Assembly (NCBI GenBank): GCA_011773465.1
Contig: WVXO01000064.1
Coordinates: 57,929 to 121,928 of the forward strand
Reading direction: 5' to 3'
Length of the DNA stretch: 64,000 bases
From: Candidatus Aminicenantes bacterium
GTDB taxonomy: Bacteria > Acidobacteriota > Aminicenantia > Aminicenantales > Aminicenantaceae
Position numbers and translations under genes: made by a program. The notes beneath the pieces are model-generated. The model saw only the letters and a list, made by a program, of their open reading frames with translations, was not told the origin of the DNA and did not search any database. Shown in pieces: positions 19,968 through 28,207 of the stretch. Within the stretch, counting starts at the first letter, position 1. Every line of letters begins with the position of its first letter.

Positions 19968-20006
19968 AATGGGCGCCAAAAAATGGGGACAGGCCCCATT
20001 TTTGTA
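19968..20006. repeat. Family C palindrome (A-run, GGGGNC hairpin, T-run), terminator-like.
   Basis: 'aaaaaatgggcgccaaaaaatggggacaggccccatttttg'. Confidence 0.6.
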
Positions 20007-20042
20007 GGAGAGAGGATACCCTCGACTTGTGGACAGAACATC

Positions 20043-20072
20043 AGAAAATGGGGCCTGTCCCCATTTTTTGCC
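20043..20072. repeat. Family C palindrome, reverse complement of the 19975-20000 copy.
   Basis: 'agaaaatggggcctgtccccatttttt'. Confidence 0.6.
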
Positions 20073-20184
20073 CCTCGAAGAGCGAATTCCGAAGGCTAAA
20101 TCTTCAATGGTCGCTGCAGCTATTTCCCAAAACCTTTGTCCTGAACATAGCAACCGGTTATCACGCAAATGGAGGTATTTACTC

Positions 20185-21672
20185 ATGAAAAAGAAATTTT
20201 ACCTATTCATTGCCTTTGTGTTTATTATCTCAATTCCTTTCCAGGGCGAGGATCAGATAAAAAAAGCTGAAAAGAAAATCAGGCAGTCTGATATATCAGA
20301 AATTAAAGAAGAGGTGGCGAAGACAAATTGGGAGGCTGTTCGGATAAAAAAATTCCCGATTTCAGTGCAGTGCTGGACATTCAGGAAGTTTACATTTTTT
20401 GAAACACTGAAAAAGGTAAAAGAACTCGGTCTAAATCATTTGCAGCCCTATCCAGGTCAGCCGCTCAGCCACGATATGCCTGATGTTAAATTTGACCACA
20501 ACCTCAGCGATGTTCTCATAAACAGAGTGAAAAGTACATTAAAGGATCATGGAATTTCCCTTGTCAGTTACGGAGTTGTGGGTTTTGAAAACAATGAAGA
20601 AAGCATGCGGAAGGTTTTTGATTTTGCAAGAAAAATGGAAATTAGAACTATCGTCACTGAACCGGAATTTGATGACTACTCTCTCATTGAACAAATGGTC
20701 AAGGAATACAACATAAATATTGCCATTCATAATCATCCCGAGCCTTCAAAATATGCCCGCCCCGAAACAGTTCTTGACCATGTTAAGGGGCTCGACACGC
20801 GAATTGGCTCATGCGCAGATACCGGACACTGGATGCGCGCCGGCCTTAAACCTGTGGAGGCACTCAGGTTGCTCAAGGGACGCATCCTGGATGTTCATCT
20901 AAAGGACCGGAATAAATTCGGCACTGAAGGAGCCTACGATGTTCCTTTTGGAAAGGGAATGGCAAATATCAAGGACATACTTGCTGAACTTACCCTGCAG
21001 AATTTTTACGGCTACCTTGCCGTAGAGTATGAAAACCCGGATGAAGTCGACAATCCCTCGCCTTTAGTCAAAAAAAGCATCGAATACATAAAAAGTATAA
21101 CCTACTATGAGGGGTACGAAGAGATATTAAAAAGAACTCATGGTAGATACTCCAAGCATGGCTGGAACCATTATGGACCCGGCTACTTTGAACTTGATGA
21201 GAAAACTGGAATACTGAAAGGGCAGGGCGGAATGGGTCTTTTCTGGTACAGCGTGAAGAAGTATCAAAATTTTGTCATGGAACTTGACTATAAGTGTGCG
21301 GATAAAGCTACAAATTCAGGAATTTTTATTAGAGTTCCTGATATGCCGAAAAACGATGATTATATTTATCATTCCTTCGAGATTCAGATCAACGACGTCG
21401 GCAAGGGAATTCATAAGACAGCTGCTGTCTATGATGCAGAAGCACCCAGTTCTGATGCCTTCAAAGAGCCAGGTGAATGGAACCACTTCAAGATCACATT
21501 TAAAGATAAAAATATCCAGGTAGAATTAAACGGTACTCAGGTGATTGACTGGGATGCTGAGCCGAGAGGAAAAGTCAGAGATTTTGCAGAGGAGGGTTAC
21601 ATTGGTTTACAGAACCATGACAGCCAATCACCGGTTTATTTCAGGAATATCTTTGTAAAAGAATTAAAATAA
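20185..21672 (+). CDS. Secreted fusion protein: sugar-phosphate isomerase/epimerase (xylose-isomerase-like TIM barrel) N-terminal domain plus DUF1080 (3-keto-glycoside hydrolase-like) C-terminal domain.
   Basis: Signal peptide 'MKKKFYLFIAFVFIISIPFQG'. The TIM-barrel region includes 'IAIHNHPEP...GSCADTGHWMRAG...DVHLKD'. The C-terminus 'GIFIRVPD...SFEIQINDVGKG...GEWNHFKITFKDKNIQVELNGTQV...GYIGLQNHDSQSPVYFRNIFVKEL' matches DUF1080. The start is moved to the signal-peptide Met. Confidence 0.7.
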   Translation: MKKKFYLFIAFVFIISIPFQGEDQIKKAEKKIRQSDISEIKEEVAKTNWEAVRIKKFPISVQCWTFRKFTFFETLKKVKELGLNHLQPYPGQPLSHDMPDVKFDHNLSDVLINRVKSTLKDHGISLVSYGVVGFENNEESMRKVFDFARKMEIRTIVTEPEFDDYSLIEQMVKEYNINIAIHNHPEPSKYARPETVLDHVKGLDTRIGSCADTGHWMRAGLKPVEALRLLKGRILDVHLKDRNKFGTEGAYDVPFGKGMANIKDILAELTLQNFYGYLAVEYENPDEVDNPSPLVKKSIEYIKSITYYEGYEEILKRTHGRYSKHGWNHYGPGYFELDEKTGILKGQGGMGLFWYSVKKYQNFVMELDYKCADKATNSGIFIRVPDMPKNDDYIYHSFEIQINDVGKGIHKTAAVYDAEAPSSDAFKEPGEWNHFKITFKDKNIQVELNGTQVIDWDAEPRGKVRDFAEEGYIGLQNHDSQSPVYFRNIFVKELK

Positions 21673-21743
21673 ATTAGAAAAGAACTCAGAATATAATAAA
21701 TATGGCAAATAAGAAGAAACTTATATTATAATAAAGTCTCAAA

Positions 21744-23966
21744 ATGGAGGGAAAAATGAAGAAAGGGATCGCATCAATCTTTATCGCAGCATTTATTTTT
21801 TTCTTCTCTCTTTATGGATTTCAAGAACAACAAGAGCAATTTCCGCCTGAAAAATACGAGGTTGAAGTCAGGCTGATTTTAGTTGATGTCATCGTGACAA
21901 AGGATGGGGAATTTGTAAAAGACCTAACCCAAGAGGACTTTGAACTCTACGAAGACGGGAAAAAAGTCCCCATAAACTCGTTTGAACTCGTGAGCTTTGA
22001 GGAAAGAGAGCTGAAGATTTTAGAAGAGCCGGAGGAAAAAAGATCTGTTCTTCCTAAGAAAAAACTTGCTGTCATATTTGACGCCATCAATTCCTGGAAG
22101 AGAGAAGTCAAGATAGAAAGCGAAAAAATCGTTGATCAACTTTTTTCATTAATCAAACTTGGCCATGAGGTGATGATACTTCAACTTGACAGGAGAAGGG
22201 GGCTTGAAATCCTCCAACCTTTCACAACCAGCGAGGCTTTCATAAGAAAAGCTGTTGAGAAGGCCTCAGGCACCATATGGAAGCTAGGCTATGATATAGC
22301 CGAGCCCATTGATGAGACAACACGGGATTTCACACCTTCCAGAGGCACTGGAGGGCGAGAGGATGACAGGCTCGTCTCTGACGCTGAGTATTATAAGAAC
22401 ATGACAAGACTGGAGTACTTGTATTTAGAACAACAGAAATTTGAGAAAACAATCGGAGGAATCTTGGCCTCGTGTAATATGTTAAGGAATCTGCCAGGCA
22501 GGAAATCCATACTCCTTATAAGTGCCGGCATTCCAGACCTTTCTCCAGGGGATATGCTCCCCAAAATTCGATCCGGCATCGCAGGCGAAGAAATAGAAAG
22601 GGTTCGCGATGATAAATTATATGCATCGATTCAAAATATGCGAGTATTTGATCCCTTTAACATCTTGAAGGGAAAGACCTTCAGAGATGGAGAAGAAGTC
22701 ATAAAAGAGGTAATCCGCTATGCTAATGCTCAAAATGTCTCACTCTATTCTTTAGACTCTGATATATATGTAAAAAATATCTATTCTGGCACCACTGCAG
22801 AATATTACCAACAATACCAAGCAGAACATCTCAAGACCAGAGAGCAAGATAAGATTAGGAAGGTCCAAAACTTAGCTTGGTTGTCTGAAGATACAGGGGC
22901 AGAGTCATTGAGGGGGGCCAAGAAATTCGATCAATTCCTCCAGGTCATGAGTACAGATTTAACCTACTATTACCAATTGAGTTTTTACCCGCAGAGGCCA
23001 GAGGCGGATGACAAGTACCACAAATTAAAGGTCAAAGTAAAGCGCAAAGGTGTTGACGCGCGTTTTAGAAAAGGATACACAGACTACTCCCTGGAAGAAT
23101 TCAATAAAATGCTTCTTATCACTGCTTATTATAATCCTTCTGTGTTTGAACAATTGCCTTTCAAAGGAGAGTATGTCCCCTTCATTACCAAAGCTGGAAA
23201 ATATGAGCCCTGGATGAATATTGCCCTGCCGGCGAGGGATATTTTCATAGAGAGATTCATCGAGCATGCACCAAAAATATTTGACCTTCATATCTGGATA
23301 AGCGATAAAAGAAGCGGAGAGAAGAGCTTCAGTGGAGATATAAAACTTCCATTTAACATAAATCCTTCTTTCATGGATTTTGTAAAAAAAGTTGACTATC
23401 TAACCTTTCACTTCAAAGGTCCAGAGCTTCCTTTCAAGCATAATGAGTATAAAGCAGTTTTAGCTCTTGTTGACCCTCAAACCAATGAAATCGGCGCCTG
23501 GGAATCATCGCTTGCTATTCCTGATTTTAGGAAGAGCAAAGAGGCAGCGGTAGTAAATTGTGTCTTGGGCGATTTGACTCAAAATCCCAAACCGGCAAGA
23601 AAATCTTTTGCGCTCTCTAAACAAGATGGAGGCCTCGAGTATGGTCCAATAAAGTTTTATCCAAAAGTGACCAACCAGTTCTTCAAGCAGGAAAAAGCCT
23701 CTGTTTTTGCGCAGATCTATCTTCCTCAGGGAAAAGAAGATATTCAGCCTGAATTCATAATCAGGAGTGAAGACAAATCCATTCGTTATGTTCCAGGAGA
23801 GCTTGTTGCTGAGTCTTGGGATAAAAAATCAAAAATCTGGAGTGCGATATTTTCTTTAGATTTTAACCAAGCAACCCTCGGAGAAAATATTTTCAGGATT
23901 GAAATGGCTGGAACTGGGGAAAAGGTTGTTTCAAGCAGAGAGATCGAGCTGACTATACTCTACTAA
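21744..23966 (+). CDS. VWFA-related acidobacterial-domain protein (large secreted protein).
   Basis: Signal peptide. 'VRLILVDVIVTKDGEFVKDLTQEDFELYEDGKKVPINSFE' is the hallmark start of the VWFA-related Acidobacterial domain (TIGR03436-type). Confidence 0.65.
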   Translation: MEGKMKKGIASIFIAAFIFFFSLYGFQEQQEQFPPEKYEVEVRLILVDVIVTKDGEFVKDLTQEDFELYEDGKKVPINSFELVSFEERELKILEEPEEKRSVLPKKKLAVIFDAINSWKREVKIESEKIVDQLFSLIKLGHEVMILQLDRRRGLEILQPFTTSEAFIRKAVEKASGTIWKLGYDIAEPIDETTRDFTPSRGTGGREDDRLVSDAEYYKNMTRLEYLYLEQQKFEKTIGGILASCNMLRNLPGRKSILLISAGIPDLSPGDMLPKIRSGIAGEEIERVRDDKLYASIQNMRVFDPFNILKGKTFRDGEEVIKEVIRYANAQNVSLYSLDSDIYVKNIYSGTTAEYYQQYQAEHLKTREQDKIRKVQNLAWLSEDTGAESLRGAKKFDQFLQVMSTDLTYYYQLSFYPQRPEADDKYHKLKVKVKRKGVDARFRKGYTDYSLEEFNKMLLITAYYNPSVFEQLPFKGEYVPFITKAGKYEPWMNIALPARDIFIERFIEHAPKIFDLHIWISDKRSGEKSFSGDIKLPFNINPSFMDFVKKVDYLTFHFKGPELPFKHNEYKAVLALVDPQTNEIGAWESSLAIPDFRKSKEAAVVNCVLGDLTQNPKPARKSFALSKQDGGLEYGPIKFYPKVTNQFFKQEKASVFAQIYLPQGKEDIQPEFIIRSEDKSIRYVPGELVAESWDKKSKIWSAIFSLDFNQATLGENIFRIEMAGTGEKVVSSREIELTILY

Positions 23967-24120
23967 ACACCTACAGCTTATTTAAGCAGTATCTTTGTAA
24001 GGGAAATAAAATAAACATAAAAAAGACAGTAATCGGCTCGGAGGGGGAGATAATTTCTTAAAATATATTTAGCGTTTTATTCCTGAAGGGCAGTTAGTTT
24101 CAGAATCTTTTGATTAGAAC

Positions 24121-24543
24121 CTAATCCTGGTTTGATATCCATTCCTTTATAAGCTTATCAATCTTATCGCGAACCTCTCGAAATTTTTGCAGTTTCTCCT
24201 CTTCAGATCCCATCTGCATAGCAGGATCTTCTATATCCCAATGAATCCTTTCGCCCGCACCTAGAAATACCGGGCACTGCTTCTCGGCATTGGCGCAAAC
24301 AGTGATCAAGTAATCAAAATCTATTTTTCCCATGTATTCATCCACATGTTTGGAACCATGTCCTTCTAAGCTAATCCCAACCTCTTCCATAACTCTTATC
24401 GTGTAGGGAGCAATCCCTAATGGTCTTATTCCAGCGCTGTAGGCTTCGAATTCATCGCCAGCATATTTCCTGAGAAATGCCTCTGCCATCTGACTGCGCG
24501 CGGAATTTCCGGTACAAATAAAAAGAACTTTTGCCTTCTTCAT
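24121..24543 (-). CDS. arsC: Arsenate reductase / low-molecular-weight protein-tyrosine phosphatase family (ArsC, LMW-PTP type).
   Basis: P-loop 'CTGNSARS' (CX5R) at the N-terminus. 140 aa. 'ITVCANAEKQCPVF' carries the downstream Cys pair of thioredoxin-coupled ArsC. Confidence 0.75.
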   Translation of the reverse strand: MKKAKVLFICTGNSARSQMAEAFLRKYAGDEFEAYSAGIRPLGIAPYTIRVMEEVGISLEGHGSKHVDEYMGKIDFDYLITVCANAEKQCPVFLGAGERIHWDIEDPAMQMGSEEEKLQKFREVRDKIDKLIKEWISNQD

Positions 24544-24743
24544 AACAAACTCTCTCTTAATTTTTTATGCATCTCTATAAAATCCCCCCAATAACCCTTT
24601 AACAACAACAACGACATATTATTATAACACCGATCGGGATTTTAATGCTCCTGGAATTTTATGATGTGGAAAGAGTGAAAAAAGAAAACAATCCCTTTAT
24701 CTTATGTTCTGTCCCAGAGTAGAAACCGTCCGCTTTCTTTCGG

Positions 24744-24788
24744 GAAATGGGGCCTGGCCCCATTTTAGTGGCCCCATTTTAGCAATTT
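24744..24788. repeat. Family C palindrome plus an adjacent half-site, in a divergent promoter region.
   Basis: 'gaaatggggcctggccccattttagtggccccatttt'. Confidence 0.6.
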
Positions 24789-24825
24789 TGGAAATTTGGA
24801 TAGACTATGATATTAATAATTTAAT

Positions 24826-25806
24826 GTGGAGGCTATGATGAAAGCAACAAACCTTGAACTCAGTTCTATGAATCGGCGCGAATTTTTCACATTAGCTGCT
24901 GGGATGAGCACATCAATGTTCCTTTCGCATCCGGAGATAATAAGTCTCTTACATAGAAATGGAAATTTTTATAGTTCCCGGGAAAAACTGGTGGGAACTG
25001 CTCAGGTCAAGCTGTCAAAGACTCAACAAATTTTCTATAAAATTATTAGGCAGGCCAGGAAAGAGGGCTGGTCATCTCTTTCTATCGGAGCATGTATGGG
25101 GAAAGTCGCCCTGCTTTTTCTAAATACAGAGTATGTCGCAGGAACGCTTGAAGGAGAAGGCCCGGAAATCTGCAGAGTTGACCTCACAGGATTGGACTGC
25201 GTAACCTTTTTTGAAAACGTGTTGTGTATTTCAAGAATCTTAAAAAAAGATAAAACATCATTTGACGATCTTAAGGGTGAACTTACTTTTACCCGATATA
25301 GAGAGGGGATACTGACTGACTACACCTCACGCTTGCACTACACTTCTGACTGGATTTATGACAACGAAAAGAAAAAGGTAGTAAGGAATATCACTAAGGA
25401 AATCGGTGGTGAAGAATTTCTCTTAAAGATCTCATTCATATCAAAAAATCCGCATTATTATCAGGCCCTGAAGGAATTTCCAGAATTTATAGTGACAATA
25501 GCTAATCTTGAAAAAGAAATAAACAAGCGCCAGCACTGGTATATTCCCAAAATTAAGATTAAAGGAGCGCAAAAACATATTCAAACAGGAGATATTATTG
25601 CCCTGGTAACAGATAAAGAGGGCCTGGATTATGGACATACAGGTCTGGGTTATCAAGATGAGAGAGGGAAAATAAGATTTCTACATGCTTCGCTCAAAGA
25701 AAAAAAAGTGGTCCTGGATGCAGAACTCTATGAATATGTGCAATCTGTCGAAACACATACTGGCATTACAGTAGCAAGACCGTTAGAAATTAAGCGGGTG
25801 AAGTAG
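24826..25806 (+). CDS. Tat-signal secreted protein, putative NlpC/P60-superfamily-like hydrolase (DUF1460-like).
   Basis: 'NRREFFTLAAGMSTSM' Tat motif. 'GLDCVTFFENVLCISR' is a cysteine-containing motif. The real start is likely ATG 24838, after the GGAGG at 24827-24831. Confidence 0.35.
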   Translation: MEAMMKATNLELSSMNRREFFTLAAGMSTSMFLSHPEIISLLHRNGNFYSSREKLVGTAQVKLSKTQQIFYKIIRQARKEGWSSLSIGACMGKVALLFLNTEYVAGTLEGEGPEICRVDLTGLDCVTFFENVLCISRILKKDKTSFDDLKGELTFTRYREGILTDYTSRLHYTSDWIYDNEKKKVVRNITKEIGGEEFLLKISFISKNPHYYQALKEFPEFIVTIANLEKEINKRQHWYIPKIKIKGAQKHIQTGDIIALVTDKEGLDYGHTGLGYQDERGKIRFLHASLKEKKVVLDAELYEYVQSVETHTGITVARPLEIKRVK

Positions 25807-25846
25807 GGAATGGGGACGTATAATTAAGCTTATCTAATCTCGCACT

Positions 25847-27514
25847 TCATATTTTAAATATCTGCAGCATGAAAATTCCTATGATCCCCGCCATAATAAG
25901 ATAATATATCATCGGGATTAGTGTTTTGCGGATGAGTAAGCCCTCTCTTCCCAGAAGGCCGACAACTGCCGACGCGGCGACGACATTATGAACACAGATC
26001 ATATTCCCTGCAGCCCCTCCCACTGCTTGAAGGGCAACAATTACAACAGGAACAGCGCCTATCTTCAGGGCAGTGGCAAACTGAAAAAGGGAAAACATCA
26101 TGTTGCTGAAAGTATTGCTTCCGGCAATGAAAGCTCCCATTGCTCCTATTACAGCGGCAAAGGCGGTCCAGCCTTTTCCTATAAGGGCCGCTGTAGCGCT
26201 GGCCAACACAACAGGCATCTTGTCCAATCCTCCTGAGACTCCGCTGTTAATAAAAACTTTGACCATAGGAACTGCAAACCCGAGAGCGATTGCAGGACCG
26301 AGAAGCATTCTAAAAGAACGATCTGCAGCCTTCCTGACCTGGTTTCTCGACATTTTCTGAATGAAGATTGCCATACCAGCCACAACCAAAAACAAGAAAC
26401 CAGGCAAATAGAAAGGTTGAAAGCTAGTACTGATAGAAGTCTGAAAAATATTGGTCCACTTTATAGAAACAGAAGCCAGAGCATTTTTTAGAAAAGGCCA
26501 GAGGCGGCTGAAGAGGAGAAACAGTGCAACAAGAATATAAGGAAGCCAAGCTCTAAAAATGCTTATTTCCGATTTTAAATCATTTCCTTCTTCTATTTTT
26601 TGAGCTATCCAGTCTTGAGGCCACGTTTCTTTTGTCGGAAAGTCCCAGACCTTCCTGGGCATAAGAAAACCTGCCTTTGCCAGGGGAACAACGATTAAGA
26701 GCCCTAAAAGGGATCCCACCAGAGAAGGGAACTCTGGTCCTAGGAATACTCCAGTCAGAGTATAAGGAACTGTAAAGCAGAGACCAGCAAAGAGGGCGAA
26801 GGGAAAAATGGAAAGACCTTCCTTCCAACTTCTCTTTTGGCCGAAAAAACGGGTCATCATAACTACAAGGATTATGGGAATAAGAGTTCCGGTGATTCCA
26901 TGAATAATAGCCACTTTTCCCCCGATCGAATTCAAATAGAGAGCGAAATCTAAATTGTGTGTGTTCAAATAGTTTACGACTTCAATTTGCCCGTTTAATC
27001 CTGCGCTAACGCCGATCAGGATTGGAGTGCCAACCGCTCCGAAAGAAACGCAAGTACTCTGAATAATCAAGGATACCATTACAGCCGCCATAGCTGGAAA
27101 ACCTATGGCTACCAGCAAAGGGGCCGCCACCGCAGCAGGCGTCCCAAAGCCAGCAGATCCTTCGATGAAAGAGCCGAATAGAAAAGCAATAATTATCGCT
27201 TGAGCTCGGCGATCGGGGGAGATGAGGAACATGCTCTTCCTGATAGAGAAGATTGCGCCGCTCTCCTGCTGGAGATTCAAGAGAAGAATGGCACCCAGGA
27301 TAATATAAAGAATTGAGGCTGCTGTTATCAGGCCATCGATAGAAGCAGCAGCTAACTGAGAAAAAGGAACTTTCCAGACTATAAAAGCTAAGAAGCAAGT
27401 AATGAGATAAGCAATGGGCATGGCTCTTGTTGCCGGCCATCTAAAAAGGACTATAAGCCCGAATACTGAGATTATAGGCAAAAGAGCAACTAGAGCTAAA
27501 ACACCCAGGCTCAT
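25847..27514 (-). CDS. lctP: L-lactate permease (LctP family).
   Basis: 555 aa polytopic protein. '[33 protein letters not shown]' and overall topology are typical of LctP. Confidence 0.8.
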   Translation of the reverse strand: MSLGVLALVALLPIISVFGLIVLFRWPATRAMPIAYLITCFLAFIVWKVPFSQLAAASIDGLITAASILYIILGAILLLNLQQESGAIFSIRKSMFLISPDRRAQAIIIAFLFGSFIEGSAGFGTPAAVAAPLLVAIGFPAMAAVMVSLIIQSTCVSFGAVGTPILIGVSAGLNGQIEVVNYLNTHNLDFALYLNSIGGKVAIIHGITGTLIPIILVVMMTRFFGQKRSWKEGLSIFPFALFAGLCFTVPYTLTGVFLGPEFPSLVGSLLGLLIVVPLAKAGFLMPRKVWDFPTKETWPQDWIAQKIEEGNDLKSEISIFRAWLPYILVALFLLFSRLWPFLKNALASVSIKWTNIFQTSISTSFQPFYLPGFLFLVVAGMAIFIQKMSRNQVRKAADRSFRMLLGPAIALGFAVPMVKVFINSGVSGGLDKMPVVLASATAALIGKGWTAFAAVIGAMGAFIAGSNTFSNMMFSLFQFATALKIGAVPVVIVALQAVGGAAGNMICVHNVVAASAVVGLLGREGLLIRKTLIPMIYYLIMAGIIGIFMLQIFKI

Positions 27515-27700
27515 TCACAAAGTCCTTTAATTAGCCTCTTCCTTGACTTTATTTAATTCCTCGACTTTATAAATCAAGAAGAGCTTCGTGTCAAATAAAT
27601 CTCAGTTTCTTGGCTTTGAAATCCAAATTATGCTGCAAAAAAACTGACAGATGTTAAATACTAATTTGATAATAAATAGAAAGCTCATTTTATATTTCAT

Positions 27701-27729
27701 TTGACTATCATCTAAGCAATTGATATAAT
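27701..27729 (+). promoter_or_regulatory. Sigma70-like promoter TTGACT-N17-TATAAT, about 480 nt upstream of the Ser/Thr kinase gene.
   Basis: Consensus-quality hexamers with exact 17-nt spacing, inside a 690-bp AT-rich intergenic region. Confidence 0.5.
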
Positions 27730-28207
27730 CATGAAGAATTTGTGCAGGGAGCGCGGGTAATAAAATATCCAAAAACTAATTTAAAAAGAGCTGTATTGCA
27801 TCTTTTCATTGCAGCTATCTCCGTTTTCAGGAGAAAAAAGGATCAATTTTTAAGAAACAAAACTATTAGCAACAAAATCATGGTTAGTTTTGTCCACCTT
27901 AAGCCCATCAGATGGATATACCGTGCATTGCCTGCTGCGCTATATTTACTTATAGAAAATAGTCTAGATAAGCGCGCATATCTTGCTGTGCTGCTAGCAG
28001 CCAAAATAAAACATAACACTTATTCAACTAATCAGCTTATGAAAAAAGTAGTAAAAAAACCTTCTATCCAGTTCCCATCGATCAAAAATAGGCATATGTG
28101 TTTGATATGTCAAACACGTACACAACGTGAATCAAGCTCTATCAGAATTGACTATTTTCTAAGTAATTGATAATATTTGCCATAGTAAAGGCAGGAAGCA
28201 GTGGTAC

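Larger units (their letters stand above)
19887..20120. repeat. Family B ~150-bp repeated element (copy 1), interrupted by a ~100-bp insert carrying two inverted family C palindromes.
   Basis: 'ccattctccattcgctcttctcggcgtctgcgtaactcgctccgctcagacatactcgcc' ... 'cgaattccgaaggctaaatcttcaatggtcgc' is about 80% identical to 46983-47128. Confidence 0.7.

Noticed and set aside
19968-20072. Family C GC hairpins as simple rho-independent terminators of the upstream Gfo/Idh/MocA gene.
   Set aside because: They sit ~180-280 nt past the stop codon, occur as an inverted pair, and a third copy lies in a divergent promoter region (24744). A repeat element is therefore more parsimonious than a dedicated terminator, though terminator activity is not excluded.
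19856-20188. ORFs 19856-20188 (+) and 19890-20186 (-) as protein-coding genes.
   Set aside because: They lie entirely within the family B/C repeat region. The translations are low-complexity (Pro/Arg/Ser runs, poly-Phe from the T-runs). There is no ribosome-binding site, and a second copy of the element (46983-47128) is not in frame with any ORF.
27742-28170. 142-aa ORF upstream of the Ser/Thr kinase.
   Set aside because: AT-rich, Lys/Ile/Asn-biased low-complexity translation with a GTG start. More likely non-coding leader sequence downstream of the 27701-27729 promoter. Kept only as part of the kinase-leader observation.
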